Shown: positions 1 through 8,476 of the stretch, piece by piece
Layout: each line of letters starts with the position of its first letter
How positions within the stretch are numbered: the first letter of the stretch is position 1
From: Mariprofundaceae bacterium
GTDB lineage: Bacteria > Pseudomonadota > Zetaproteobacteria > Mariprofundales > Mariprofundaceae
Direction of reading: 5' to 3'
Assembly (NCBI GenBank): GCA_046753585.1
Contig: JBHHTX010000001.1
Location: 1-45,316 of the forward strand
DNA length: 45,316 nucleotides
Notes under the pieces: generated by a model
Told to the model about the DNA's origin: nothing
Databases searched by the model: none
Seen by the model: only the letters and a program-made list of their open reading frames with translations
Program-made: the position numbers and the translations under genes

Positions 1-474
1 GATGTCGAAGATGATCGCAAACCCAAAACCAACCCTTTGAATGCCAACTTCGATAAAAAGGAGTTCAAGGAACTTTGGGAGCGGATTAATCACAAGGCTG
101 TTTATCGCGTGGAGTTCGATTCGCCGGAACTGGTTCGCAAGTGCATCGATGCATTGGAGTCCGACCTGCATGTGACCCCGCTCCAATATACGGTTCAATC
201 CGGCATCCAGGGTGACCAGATTGATGATGATCAGCTCAAGAAAGGAGAAGGGTTCAAGCTTGAAAAGACCGAGAAGGCTGAAGAAACAACCTCAGTTCAC
301 TCCATGGTAAAATACGATCTGCTGGGTAAATTGGCAGAAGAAACCAAACTTACCAGACAGACTATCGCGGAGATCCTTTCAGGCATTCAGCCAGTGCGCT
401 TCGCGCAGTTCAAAATGAACCCGGAGCACTTCATCGCAGAAGCCGGTCGCCTGATCAATGAGCAGAAGCTATGA
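1..474 (+). pseudogene. res: Type III restriction enzyme Res subunit, region preceding the nuclease domain. The 5' end lies outside the window. Frame 1 stops prematurely at 472-474.
   Basis: Frame 1 is open from base 1 ([45 protein letters not shown]...). I recognise this stretch as typical of the distal part of type III R-M Res proteins. The natural continuation (nuclease domain) is in frame 2 (458..910), overlapping by 17 nt, which is a classic frameshift signature. Confidence 0.55.
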
Positions 475-910
475 GTCGGATATCTTTACTGCCGCCCAGA
501 GCAAACAGGATTTCACCAAGGCAGGCTCAAAACTGCAGCGGCACATTTATGATTACGTTGTCACTGATTCAAAAGTCGAGCGTGACTTCGTTACTGAACT
601 CGATACCAGTGCCGAGGTGGTGGTCTATGCCAAGTTGCCTCGTGGCTTCCTGATTCCGACTCCTGTTGGTGATTACAACCCGGACTGGGCCATCTCCTTC
701 AAAGAGGGAAGCGTCAGGCATATCTATTTCGTTGCAGAGACAAAAGGCTCAATGTCCTCAATGCAGCTCCGAGCTGTTGAAGAAAAGAAAATTGAATGTG
801 CCCGTAAATTCTTCGATAAGCTCAATTCTCGAATCACAACGGATCGGGTGAAGTATAATGAGGTGACTGATTATGGGAAGCTGATGACGTTGGTTGGAGC
901 AGGGAATTAA
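458..910 (+). pseudogene. res: Type III Res subunit C-terminal PD-(D/E)XK endonuclease domain, frame 2. Probably the second half of the frameshifted res gene.
   Basis: [30 protein letters not shown] contains the D...E-x-K nuclease motif found at the C-terminus of type III Res proteins. The ORF begins inside the end of the frame-1 ORF. Confidence 0.6.
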
Positions 911-1060
911 ATGACCCAGCTATGAGGGCATAGAAGACTTCATGGGTGACGAAGACTCAGCTTGATCATTAAATTGATTGCTGTTTTCGGTTGAAGCACT
1001 TGCTAGAATAAACAATGCGCCTTAGGGGTCAGGTCTTGAAAGTTGAATAAGGTAACATAG

Positions 1061-1210
1061 AGTATCTATAACCCTTCGCGCATTCAATTAGACGGAGCTG
1101 TCCACCATGTGACCTCCCGTGGAGATGGCAGCGAAGATATTTATCTGTCTGATGATGATCTCGTTCTGTTTCTCGATGTACTGGCACATGTGGTCGATTG
1201 TTTTACCTGG
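1061..1210 (+). pseudogene. N-terminal remnant of an IS200/IS605-type Y1 (RayT-like, REP-associated) tyrosine transposase
   Basis: The in-frame translation is SIYNPSRIQLDGAVHHVTSRGDGSEDIYLSDDDLVLFLDVLAHVVDCFTW. It matches the conserved N-terminus of this family (PR-I...YHV-x-RGN....IF..DDxD...FL). A TAG at 1058-1060 lies directly upstream and there is no start codon at the expected place. Similarity is lost after W (1210), and the HUH and catalytic Tyr parts are absent. Confidence 0.5.
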
Positions 1211-1570
1211 GAATTACTAAAACAGTTCACTAATAGAAACTTATTGTGGAGCTTACGGTCGTGTTTTTCGGACTTTAGCCCGCATTTTTCATGAGATTGC
1301 GGATATATGGCGCAGACCAGGTATTCCAGGCGAAGTTTTCAGGTGAAAAAGCATAGCTTTAGCTATGGTTTGAGACTAAAGGCTTCGATATGGTGCGGCT
1401 GGGCAAGCCAGATGCCGCAAAAGACAAAACGTCATTTGAGAAAAGTGAATATTTGCCACCAGCCGATTGTTATCCATAAGAAAAATAATTACGCCCCTCT
1501 GTTCTCATGAAAAACGCGGACAAGATGTTAGAGCACGGATCCTGTTTTGATAAACCTCTCTCATGAACAG

Positions 1571-2194
1571 CTATTGAAATATCTCCATAAGAATTTTTGA
1601 ACGCAGATCTTCCATGCCACGCTTGTCCAGGCTGGAGACAGGCAAGGGCGCAAGCATGCCACCAAGGGCCTGACGCATTTCCCTTAGTCGTTTGGTTCTG
1701 GCATTACCGGATAGCTTGTCCGACTTGGTGGCAACCGGTTGCCAGCGCAGGCCTTCAGCATTTAGCCATTCGATCAATTGCAGGTCGATCACCTTTGGCC
1801 CGTGCCTGATATCCATCAGAATCAATACCAGATCCGGGCCGATGTGACTTACCAGATAGGCCTCAATTAAACGTGACCATTGTTTCTGCTCTGACTTGGC
1901 GGCCCGCGCATAGCCGTATCCCGGTAAATCAACAATAAGAAGGCGATCGTCAACATTGAAAAGATTGAGCAAGCGTGTACGACCTGGCTGCTTGGATACT
2001 TTAACCAGATTTTTTCGACCAAAGAGCGCATTCAACAGAGAGGATTTACCTACATTTGAATGCCCCGCTATTGCAATGTGAGGCAGGGGAATGTCAGGAA
2101 AGTCGTCAACATTGGAGACGGATTGCACAAACTTCGTGTTTGGCCAGCGAATTTCTGTACACATGAGAGCAGCATGGCTGTTCATTTTTAGCAC
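1571..2194 (-). CDS. engB: Ribosome biogenesis GTP-binding protein EngB/YihA (start probably the ATG at 2185)
   Basis: G1 motif GHSNVGKSSLLNAL, followed by VSKQPGRTRLLNLF and DLPGYGYA. Length and motif order are typical of EngB. Confidence 0.9.
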   Translation of the reverse strand: MLKMNSHAALMCTEIRWPNTKFVQSVSNVDDFPDIPLPHIAIAGHSNVGKSSLLNALFGRKNLVKVSKQPGRTRLLNLFNVDDRLLIVDLPGYGYARAAKSEQKQWSRLIEAYLVSHIGPDLVLILMDIRHGPKVIDLQLIEWLNAEGLRWQPVATKSDKLSGNARTKRLREMRQALGGMLAPLPVSSLDKRGMEDLRSKILMEIFQ

Positions 2195-2257
2195 TGCAAG
2201 CTTTTGCAGATGTTAGTTGTGGCTGACGTGCGGGGGCGCCTCTGATAAAGTGCCTAA

Positions 2258-3283
2258 ATGTTGAGCAATCCTCCTGTAACGCTGATAAAAGGCTTTAACC
2301 TGGGTGAGCTGCACATCAGTTCGCCTGTTGTTTTAGCCCCCATGGCCGGCATTACGGACCTTCCCTTCCGGCGAATCTGCAAGCGCTTCGGCGTAGGCCT
2401 GATGGTGAGCGAGATGATTGCCTCAAGAGCCATTGATGCAGGCCATAAACGTACGGAATTAATGGCGGAAATTGGCAAGGATGAGCACCCAATCGGTATT
2501 CAGATTGCCGGCTCCGACATTGCTTATATGAAAGACGCAGCGATGTGGGCCGTAGATCATGGTACGGACTTTGTAGATATCAATATGGGTTGCCCGGTGA
2601 AGAAGATTTGTAAGCAGCAGGCGGGGTCAGCATTGCTCAAAGATGAAGCACTTGTTGGAAGAATTCTTACTGCTGTGGCCGGGGCAGTATCTGTACCGGT
2701 GACTTTGAAAATAAGAACCGGATGGGATGAGCAGCAAAAAAATGTTGAGCGCATTGCCCGAATAGCTGAAGAGAGTGGCATGAAAATGTTAACGGTTCAC
2801 GGCCGGACACGGGCTCAGATGTTTCACGGCAAGGCCAACTGGCATGATATTGGCCTGGCAAAAGCGGCGGTGTCTATTCCGGTGATTGGTAATGGTGATA
2901 TTGTGGATGCTGCCTCTGCCAGGGAGATGGTAAGGGTTTCTAATTGTGATGGAGTCATGGTCGGCCGGGCAGTACAGGGCAACCCCTGGGTATTGGCAGA
3001 AGTAAGTGCCGCCTTGTCAGGTGAACCGGCTCCACCTGAACTCACAGCCGGGGAGCGATGGGAGGTGGTAAGTGAGCATTTACACGCGCTTGCCGATCAC
3101 TATGGCACTGAAACCGCCTCAAAATTGGCCAGAAAGCATGTGATCTGGTACAGCAAAGGACTGCCAGCTGCTGCTGAATTCCGACGCCATTTTCAGCGCT
3201 TGCCGGATTGGGCAGGAATGCTTGTGGAGGCTGAGCGATTCTTTTCAGGCCTTGAGGAGCGGGGGATGGCATATGCAGCTTGA
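2258..3283 (+). CDS. dusB: tRNA-dihydrouridine synthase B (NifR3 family)
   Basis: LAPMAGITDLPFRRICKRFG, DINMGCPVKK and HGRTRAQ motifs. It sits directly upstream of ntrBC, as in the nifR3-ntrB-ntrC operons. Confidence 0.92.
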   Translation: MLSNPPVTLIKGFNLGELHISSPVVLAPMAGITDLPFRRICKRFGVGLMVSEMIASRAIDAGHKRTELMAEIGKDEHPIGIQIAGSDIAYMKDAAMWAVDHGTDFVDINMGCPVKKICKQQAGSALLKDEALVGRILTAVAGAVSVPVTLKIRTGWDEQQKNVERIARIAEESGMKMLTVHGRTRAQMFHGKANWHDIGLAKAAVSIPVIGNGDIVDAASAREMVRVSNCDGVMVGRAVQGNPWVLAEVSAALSGEPAPPELTAGERWEVVSEHLHALADHYGTETASKLARKHVIWYSKGLPAAAEFRRHFQRLPDWAGMLVEAERFFSGLEERGMAYAA

Positions 3284-4283
3284 CGGCATTCCCATCACAT
3301 CGGTTCCCTTACCGTTGCTGTTACTCAATCAGAAAGGGTTTGTGCAGGCTGCTAATTTTCTGGCGCAGGAATGTTTGGAGATATCAAATCAGCGATTGAT
3401 TAACCAGCACCTTTCAGAAATTTTTTCTCCGGATTCAGAGGTGCGGCGTTTGTTGAAGCGGCTTGCAGTTACTGGCGAAGCGGTTTCCAATCATTGTCTC
3501 CACCTGGGCAATGCCAATATACCGTTTACACTGCATGCCAGGCCCTTTGCCGACGGAGTAGCCGTACTTCTGGTGGCCGAGGCCATTCGTCATGAAGTGA
3601 ATGCTTATTTGAAGCAGAAAGAGATGGCTGAAGCCGTCGCCCGCATTGCTCTGGAAATGGCACATGAGATCAAAAACCCGCTGGCCGCACTTCGGGGCGC
3701 TGCCCAGTGGCTCTCGGAGCGTCCTGAATCCGAGGATGCGAAGGAGGCTACCCGAATGATGATGGCGGAGGTCGATCGCATCAGTGAACGTGTGGATGAT
3801 TTTCTTCAACTCGGCACACCTTCCAGCGCAGGCATGCAACTGGTCAACATCCATTCTATGCTGGAGGAGGTTTGCAATCCCATTGCTGAAGTTCATCTAC
3901 AGCGTGTGTTTGATCCAGGTCTTCCGGAAATTATGGTGAACTCGTCGCGCCTCAGGCAAGCTATTGAAAACCTTTGGACAAATGCGCTGGAGGCAGGTTC
4001 CCGGAAAATCGAATTGCACACCCGGGCGCTATCAAGCACACGCCTTCCCGAGTACAACGGCCCTGTCATTGAAATTCTCATTGTCAGCGATGGTGCGGAT
4101 ATTCCTGAGCAATTGATCGACCATATATTTGAGCCCTTTGTAACTGGCAAGCAACGCGGTAGCGGCCTGGGCCTGGCTATCGTTCAACGTATCATGCAGG
4201 AGCATGACGGGCGAGTAATATTTGATACAAAACCTGGCCGCACAACATTTACGCTGCAGCTTCCGCTTCGGGGCATAAGGTAA
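3273..4283 (+). CDS. ntrB: Nitrogen-regulation sensor histidine kinase NtrB-like (PAS + HisKA + HATPase)
   Basis: H-box AHEIKNPLAALRGAAQ; N, G1 and G2 boxes (NLWTNALEA, FEPFVTGKQRGSGLGLAIV). I prefer the ATG at 3273 (GGGGGA upstream, 11-nt overlap with the dusB stop) over the ORF-track start at 3222. Confidence 0.85.
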   Translation: MQLDGIPITSVPLPLLLLNQKGFVQAANFLAQECLEISNQRLINQHLSEIFSPDSEVRRLLKRLAVTGEAVSNHCLHLGNANIPFTLHARPFADGVAVLLVAEAIRHEVNAYLKQKEMAEAVARIALEMAHEIKNPLAALRGAAQWLSERPESEDAKEATRMMMAEVDRISERVDDFLQLGTPSSAGMQLVNIHSMLEEVCNPIAEVHLQRVFDPGLPEIMVNSSRLRQAIENLWTNALEAGSRKIELHTRALSSTRLPEYNGPVIEILIVSDGADIPEQLIDHIFEPFVTGKQRGSGLGLAIVQRIMQEHDGRVIFDTKPGRTTFTLQLPLRGIR

Positions 4284-5689
4284 TGCGTGCACTGATCGTT
4301 GACGATGATCAGGGGATTCGCTGGATACTTGCCCGGGTGCTTCAGGAAGAGGGATATGAAGTCAGCCAGGCTGAAACTCTGGCCGAGGCAACACATAAAG
4401 CTGGTCAGCAAACTCCTGAGCTTATTTTTCTTGATGTTTATTTGCCGGATGGCAGCGGTTTGAAAGCCATGCAGGAAGGCATGTTTGCAGCCCCTGTAAT
4501 ACTGATGACGGCAGAAACAACCTTTGATAATGCTGCCCTGGCGTACAAAGCCGGTGCTATTGAATATCTGCCGAAACCATTTGATCTGGATGAGGTTCGA
4601 TCATTAGCCAGGCGGATCAAGCCCTCGGATGATACTGTTTCAACTGACGGGTCACACAGTGTCGATCATGACATCATTATTGGCAGAAGTGCTGTTATGC
4701 AGCGTCTGTTTCGCACACTTGGCAAGGTGGCGGCCTCTGACCTGACGGTGTTGATCACCGGGGAATCCGGAACAGGTAAGGAGCTGGTTGCCCACATACT
4801 GCATGATCAAAGTCGCCGGGCAAAAAAACCGTTTGTTGCCATCAACACGGCAGCGATCCCATCAGAATTACTGGAATCCGAACTGTTTGGACACGAGCGT
4901 GGTGCTTTTACCGGAGCTGATCGCTCTCGTCCCGGAAAATTTGAACAGGCTGATGGAGGCACGCTGTTTCTTGATGAAATCGGTGATATGCCTCCCTCCT
5001 TGCAGGTTAAGTTGCTCAGGGTTCTTGAGGAAGGACGTGTCCAGCGAGTTGGCTCTAAGGAAAGCAGGCCGGTCAATATCCGTTTACTGGCTGCAACGCA
5101 CCAGAATTTACTGCAGAAGATTGCCTCAGGAGATTTTCGGGAAGACCTTTACTATCGACTCAATGTGATCCCGGTAGCGATTCCGGCACTGAGAGATAGA
5201 AAAGATGATATACAGGAACTGGCTGAACATCTTCTCAAGGAAACTGCAGAAGAGCTGACCATGCAGCCCCCCATTATGCTTGACGAGGCTCTGGGCTTGT
5301 TAAGATCATACGACTGGCCGGGCAATGTGCGTGAGTTGAAGAATGTGATGCGCAGGTTGGCAGTGTTGACTCCCGGGGCCACAATCACGCTTTCCGATGT
5401 TGCCCTGGCCCTGGGCAACCACAGTCAGGGAGAAACGCAGGAAGAAACTCTGCCCGAGGCTGTAAGCCGTTGCCTTCAGCATTATTTTGACCACCTTGGA
5501 TATGCCAGGCCCTCTAATCTCCATCGCCACTTGCTTGAACAGGTCGAACCAGTTTTATTGTCACTGGTTTTAGAGCGCGTTAAAGGAAACCAGATCAAGG
5601 CGGCTGAAATGCTGGGGCTTAATCGCAATACGGTTCGCAAACTATTGAAGCAGTATGATATTGATCCGGCCGTTTATCGGAGATCCTAG
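4283..5689 (+). CDS. ntrC: Sigma-54-dependent response regulator NtrC (receiver + AAA+ + Fis-type HTH)
   Basis: Receiver MRALIVDDDQGIRWIL...DVYLPDGSG; AAA+ GESGTGKE, GAFTGA (GAFTGA loop) and FLDEIGDM; C-terminal HTH NQIKAAEMLGLNRNTVRKLLK. Confidence 0.92.
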   Translation: MRALIVDDDQGIRWILARVLQEEGYEVSQAETLAEATHKAGQQTPELIFLDVYLPDGSGLKAMQEGMFAAPVILMTAETTFDNAALAYKAGAIEYLPKPFDLDEVRSLARRIKPSDDTVSTDGSHSVDHDIIIGRSAVMQRLFRTLGKVAASDLTVLITGESGTGKELVAHILHDQSRRAKKPFVAINTAAIPSELLESELFGHERGAFTGADRSRPGKFEQADGGTLFLDEIGDMPPSLQVKLLRVLEEGRVQRVGSKESRPVNIRLLAATHQNLLQKIASGDFREDLYYRLNVIPVAIPALRDRKDDIQELAEHLLKETAEELTMQPPIMLDEALGLLRSYDWPGNVRELKNVMRRLAVLTPGATITLSDVALALGNHSQGETQEETLPEAVSRCLQHYFDHLGYARPSNLHRHLLEQVEPVLLSLVLERVKGNQIKAAEMLGLNRNTVRKLLKQYDIDPAVYRRS

Positions 5690-6333
5690 CCCGCATTATT
5701 GTTTGCAGCCCTCTCGGCCTGGGAGGGCCGGAGGTAGGCAGGTAATAGAAATCGGGGCAGGAGGGATAGTTCAACCGAGTTAGTTGACGCCAGAACAGCT
5801 TTGCCCAGGGCCTGAGACCTGCCTGTCTTCAGTTCCAAGCGATGCCACTCCGATAAGTCAACGGGCGGTTCACTCTGGCTTGCAAAGGAGCCTGGCTGAA
5901 TCTCGAGAACCTGACTCCAGGCAAGGCTTTGATCATCTTGCAGTGCTTCTCCCCCGGCAAAGTACCCGACATATGCATCACCGGCGCGGGCATCCTCAAA
6001 AACACAGATCGGCGCTTCGGAGTCAGTTTGAATTGCAGTGATTGCAAGTGAAGAGATGCCAAGCATAGGAAGTTTCAGACCAGTATTGATACCGGCCAGG
6101 GTTGATGCTGCGATACGCAAACCTGTGAATGAGCCTGGCCCAAGACCAAGCGCCAAAAGATCCAGATCGTTCCAGCTGAGTCTGGCTTCGGCCAATACCT
6201 TTTCCAACAGGGGGAGAATGGCTACGGAGTGCGGATTCTTGCCTTCGCTTTCGGCTTCAAACTGAGAGCCGTCGCTTCTCAAAACCGCACTGGCTGCATG
6301 CCCACAAGCGGCATCCAAAGCCAGAATATTCAC
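5686..6333 (-). CDS. tsaB: tRNA t6A37 biosynthesis protein TsaB (YeaZ)
   Basis: MNILALDAACGHAASAVL... and GPGSFTGLRIA motifs. About 215 aa. Confidence 0.85.
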   Translation of the reverse strand: MNILALDAACGHAASAVLRSDGSQFEAESEGKNPHSVAILPLLEKVLAEARLSWNDLDLLALGLGPGSFTGLRIAASTLAGINTGLKLPMLGISSLAITAIQTDSEAPICVFEDARAGDAYVGYFAGGEALQDDQSLAWSQVLEIQPGSFASQSEPPVDLSEWHRLELKTGRSQALGKAVLASTNSVELSLLPRFLLPAYLRPSQAERAANNNAG

Positions 6334-6355
6334 TGCTTAGAGGAGCTTGTTAACA

Positions 6356-7240
6356 CTAATCCAGAAAATCACGTAAAAATGTTTTGAATTCAGCGCCATA
6401 TAGCTGGTTTCGAACTCCCAGGGCTGCATTTGCCTTGAGGAATCCCAGGGGGTTGCCTGCATCGAAACGGTCACCTTCTATGATAACCCCGTAGACAGGT
6501 TGCTCTTTGGCAAGCCTGTGAATCGCATCGGTAAGCTGGATTTCACCTTGTATACCAGATGAAGTGTGTTTGAGGTAAGAAAAGATACTGGGAGAAAGAA
6601 TGTAACGGCCAATGATAGCCAGATCTGATGGAGTTTCGGCAGGATCCGGTTTCTCAATCATTCCGTTTATCCGCAGCAAACCATTTTTATCGCTGGCTTC
6701 AACCATTCCATAATGCTTACTGAGATGTTTTGGTATCCGGGTAAGCCCTATGACAGAAGCCCCGGTTTGTTTGTAAATCTCCCTTAATTGCTGCAGTGCC
6801 GGTTTCTCGGCAATAATCAGTTCATCAGCCAGAGAGACAGCAAAATATTCTTTGCCCACCCAGTGCCTGGCACAATAAATGGCATGACCCAGACCCAGCG
6901 CCTGTTTTTGCCGAATATAGGCCACATCGGCCATATGCGCGATACGTGAAACTTCTTTGTAGAGGGATTCCTTGCCAGCCAGCCGCAAATTGTTTTCCAA
7001 CTCTGCCGAGACATCAAAATGATCCTCAATGGCGCGCTTGCCCCGGCCGGTAACCATCACAACCTGATCCAGCCCGGTAGCCAGTGCTTCTTCCACTCCA
7101 TACTGAATCAGCGGCTTATCCACGATAGTCAGCATTTCCTTTGGGCTGGCTTTGGTCGCCGGAAGGAAGCGGGTACCCATGCCTGCGGTCGGAAAGATTA
7201 CTTTGCGCAGGTGATCAGACATGATCGCAGCAGCACTCAT
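6356..7240 (-). CDS. galU: UTP--glucose-1-phosphate uridylyltransferase
   Basis: KVIFPTAGMGTRFLPATKASPKEMLTIVDKPLIQY, VMVTGRGKRAIEDHFD and LGLGHAI are hallmark GalU motifs. Confidence 0.93.
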   Translation of the reverse strand: MSAAAIMSDHLRKVIFPTAGMGTRFLPATKASPKEMLTIVDKPLIQYGVEEALATGLDQVVMVTGRGKRAIEDHFDVSAELENNLRLAGKESLYKEVSRIAHMADVAYIRQKQALGLGHAIYCARHWVGKEYFAVSLADELIIAEKPALQQLREIYKQTGASVIGLTRIPKHLSKHYGMVEASDKNGLLRINGMIEKPDPAETPSDLAIIGRYILSPSIFSYLKHTSSGIQGEIQLTDAIHRLAKEQPVYGVIIEGDRFDAGNPLGFLKANAALGVRNQLYGAEFKTFLRDFLD

Positions 7241-7252
7241 GAACAGTTCAGC

Positions 7253-8476
7253 TCAGGACAGACGTCCGTAGGAGTGCAGGCCGGACAGATACATATTAAC
7301 CCCTACAAAGCAGAACAGGGTAATGACAAAGCCGGCAACAACCCACCAGGCAAGTGATGTTCCACGCCAGCCATGGGTAATCCGCACATGCAGATAGGCC
7401 CCATAAACCAGCCAGACAATAAGGGCCCATGTTTCCTTGGGATCCCAGGACCAGTAACCTCCCCATGCCTCAGCAGCCCAGGCAGCTCCCAGGATGGTGG
7501 CAAGTGTAAAAGCAGGAAAGCCAACAGCCACGGCCTTGTAGGTGAGATCGTCCAGTTGATCCAGAGTTGGAAAAGATGATAACAATTTGGCTGCCCTGCC
7601 CTTTTTCTCCAGGTGGGTTCTTAGCAGATACATAATCCCGGTACCGCAGGCGACGGCAAAGGCGCCATAACCGACAAAATTCAGGGGGACATGTATCTTC
7701 ATCCAGTAGGATTGAAGAGCCGGTACCAGGGGTTTTATATCCGCCTGTCCGACAGAACCCAGCCAAATACCGAAGAACACACCGGCAGCGACCAGCGGCA
7801 TAATAAATGCTCCCAGAGTGCGCACCCTGTATCGATGTTCCAGTGACAGGTAAATCAGCGTGGTAATACAGAAAAGCAGAATAAAGACTTCATAAAGATT
7901 GGAGACAGGGGCATGACCGATATCAGGGCTGATCAAATATGATTCATACCAACGCAGCAAAAGAGCTGAGCCGCCCGCATAAACCCCAAGCCAGGCACTC
8001 ATGGTTCCCAATTTACCAATAAAGGACTCGGGCGCGAACAGGTTCATGAGATAAAGCACAGCTGAAAATATAAATATGGTATTCATGGCCATGACAATAC
8101 GACCGGAGATAAGACCGGTCTGATCCTCGTAGCTGATGAGGGAACGATGGGGCTCGAGCAATGCAAAACAACTAGCGAGCAAAAGCATGAGGAGTGCACC
8201 GTCAAGCCATGGCACCAGGGTAGAGGAAAATTTTGATTCAACTGCATCCGGTTTGAGGAAACAGATTGCCAGGGAGCCAATCAGGCCCGCAGTGGCACCC
8301 GACCCACCCCAAAGCATGAGAAGGCGCGACGGGTTGGTTTCATAACCATCCAGGCCGAAGAAATACAGTGCAGAAAGGCCGACGATTGCACCAAGATAGG
8401 TATAGAATCGGGCAAATCCTGTTTTACCCGCGTTCATACTATAAAAATTCCAGTTAGCGGTCGCAACTGCTGTCAT
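7253..8476 (-). CDS. ccsA: Cytochrome c biogenesis protein CcsA (system II heme lyase/heme channel)
   Basis: Polytopic membrane protein with the W-rich WWD motif WGGYWSWDPKETWALIVW. It lies adjacent to and overlaps resB. Confidence 0.9.
   Translation of the reverse strand: MTAVATANWNFYSMNAGKTGFARFYTYLGAIVGLSALYFFGLDGYETNPSRLLMLWGGSGATAGLIGSLAICFLKPDAVESKFSSTLVPWLDGALLMLLLASCFALLEPHRSLISYEDQTGLISGRIVMAMNTIFIFSAVLYLMNLFAPESFIGKLGTMSAWLGVYAGGSALLLRWYESYLISPDIGHAPVSNLYEVFILLFCITTLIYLSLEHRYRVRTLGAFIMPLVAAGVFFGIWLGSVGQADIKPLVPALQSYWMKIHVPLNFVGYGAFAVACGTGIMYLLRTHLEKKGRAAKLLSSFPTLDQLDDLTYKAVAVGFPAFTLATILGAAWAAEAWGGYWSWDPKETWALIVWLVYGAYLHVRITHGWRGTSLAWWVVAGFVITLFCFVGVNMYLSGLHSYGRLS

Noticed and set aside
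1307-1510. 67-aa ORF (MAQTRYSRRSFQVKK...) and other short frames in the 1210-1570 gap
   Set aside because: The composition is highly basic and low-complexity, with no SD and no recognisable family. It is most likely non-coding debris of the decayed island.
3222-3272. Upstream 17 codons of the ntrB ORF
   Set aside because: They overlap the dusB C-terminus by 62 nt. The ATG at 3273 gives a conventional short overlap and is preceded by a purine-rich tract.
6406-6420. GGTTTCGAACTCCCA, reminiscent of a tRNA T-arm
   Set aside because: It lies inside the well-supported galU coding sequence and no acceptor or anticodon arms can be drawn around it. I found no tRNA genes anywhere in the window.
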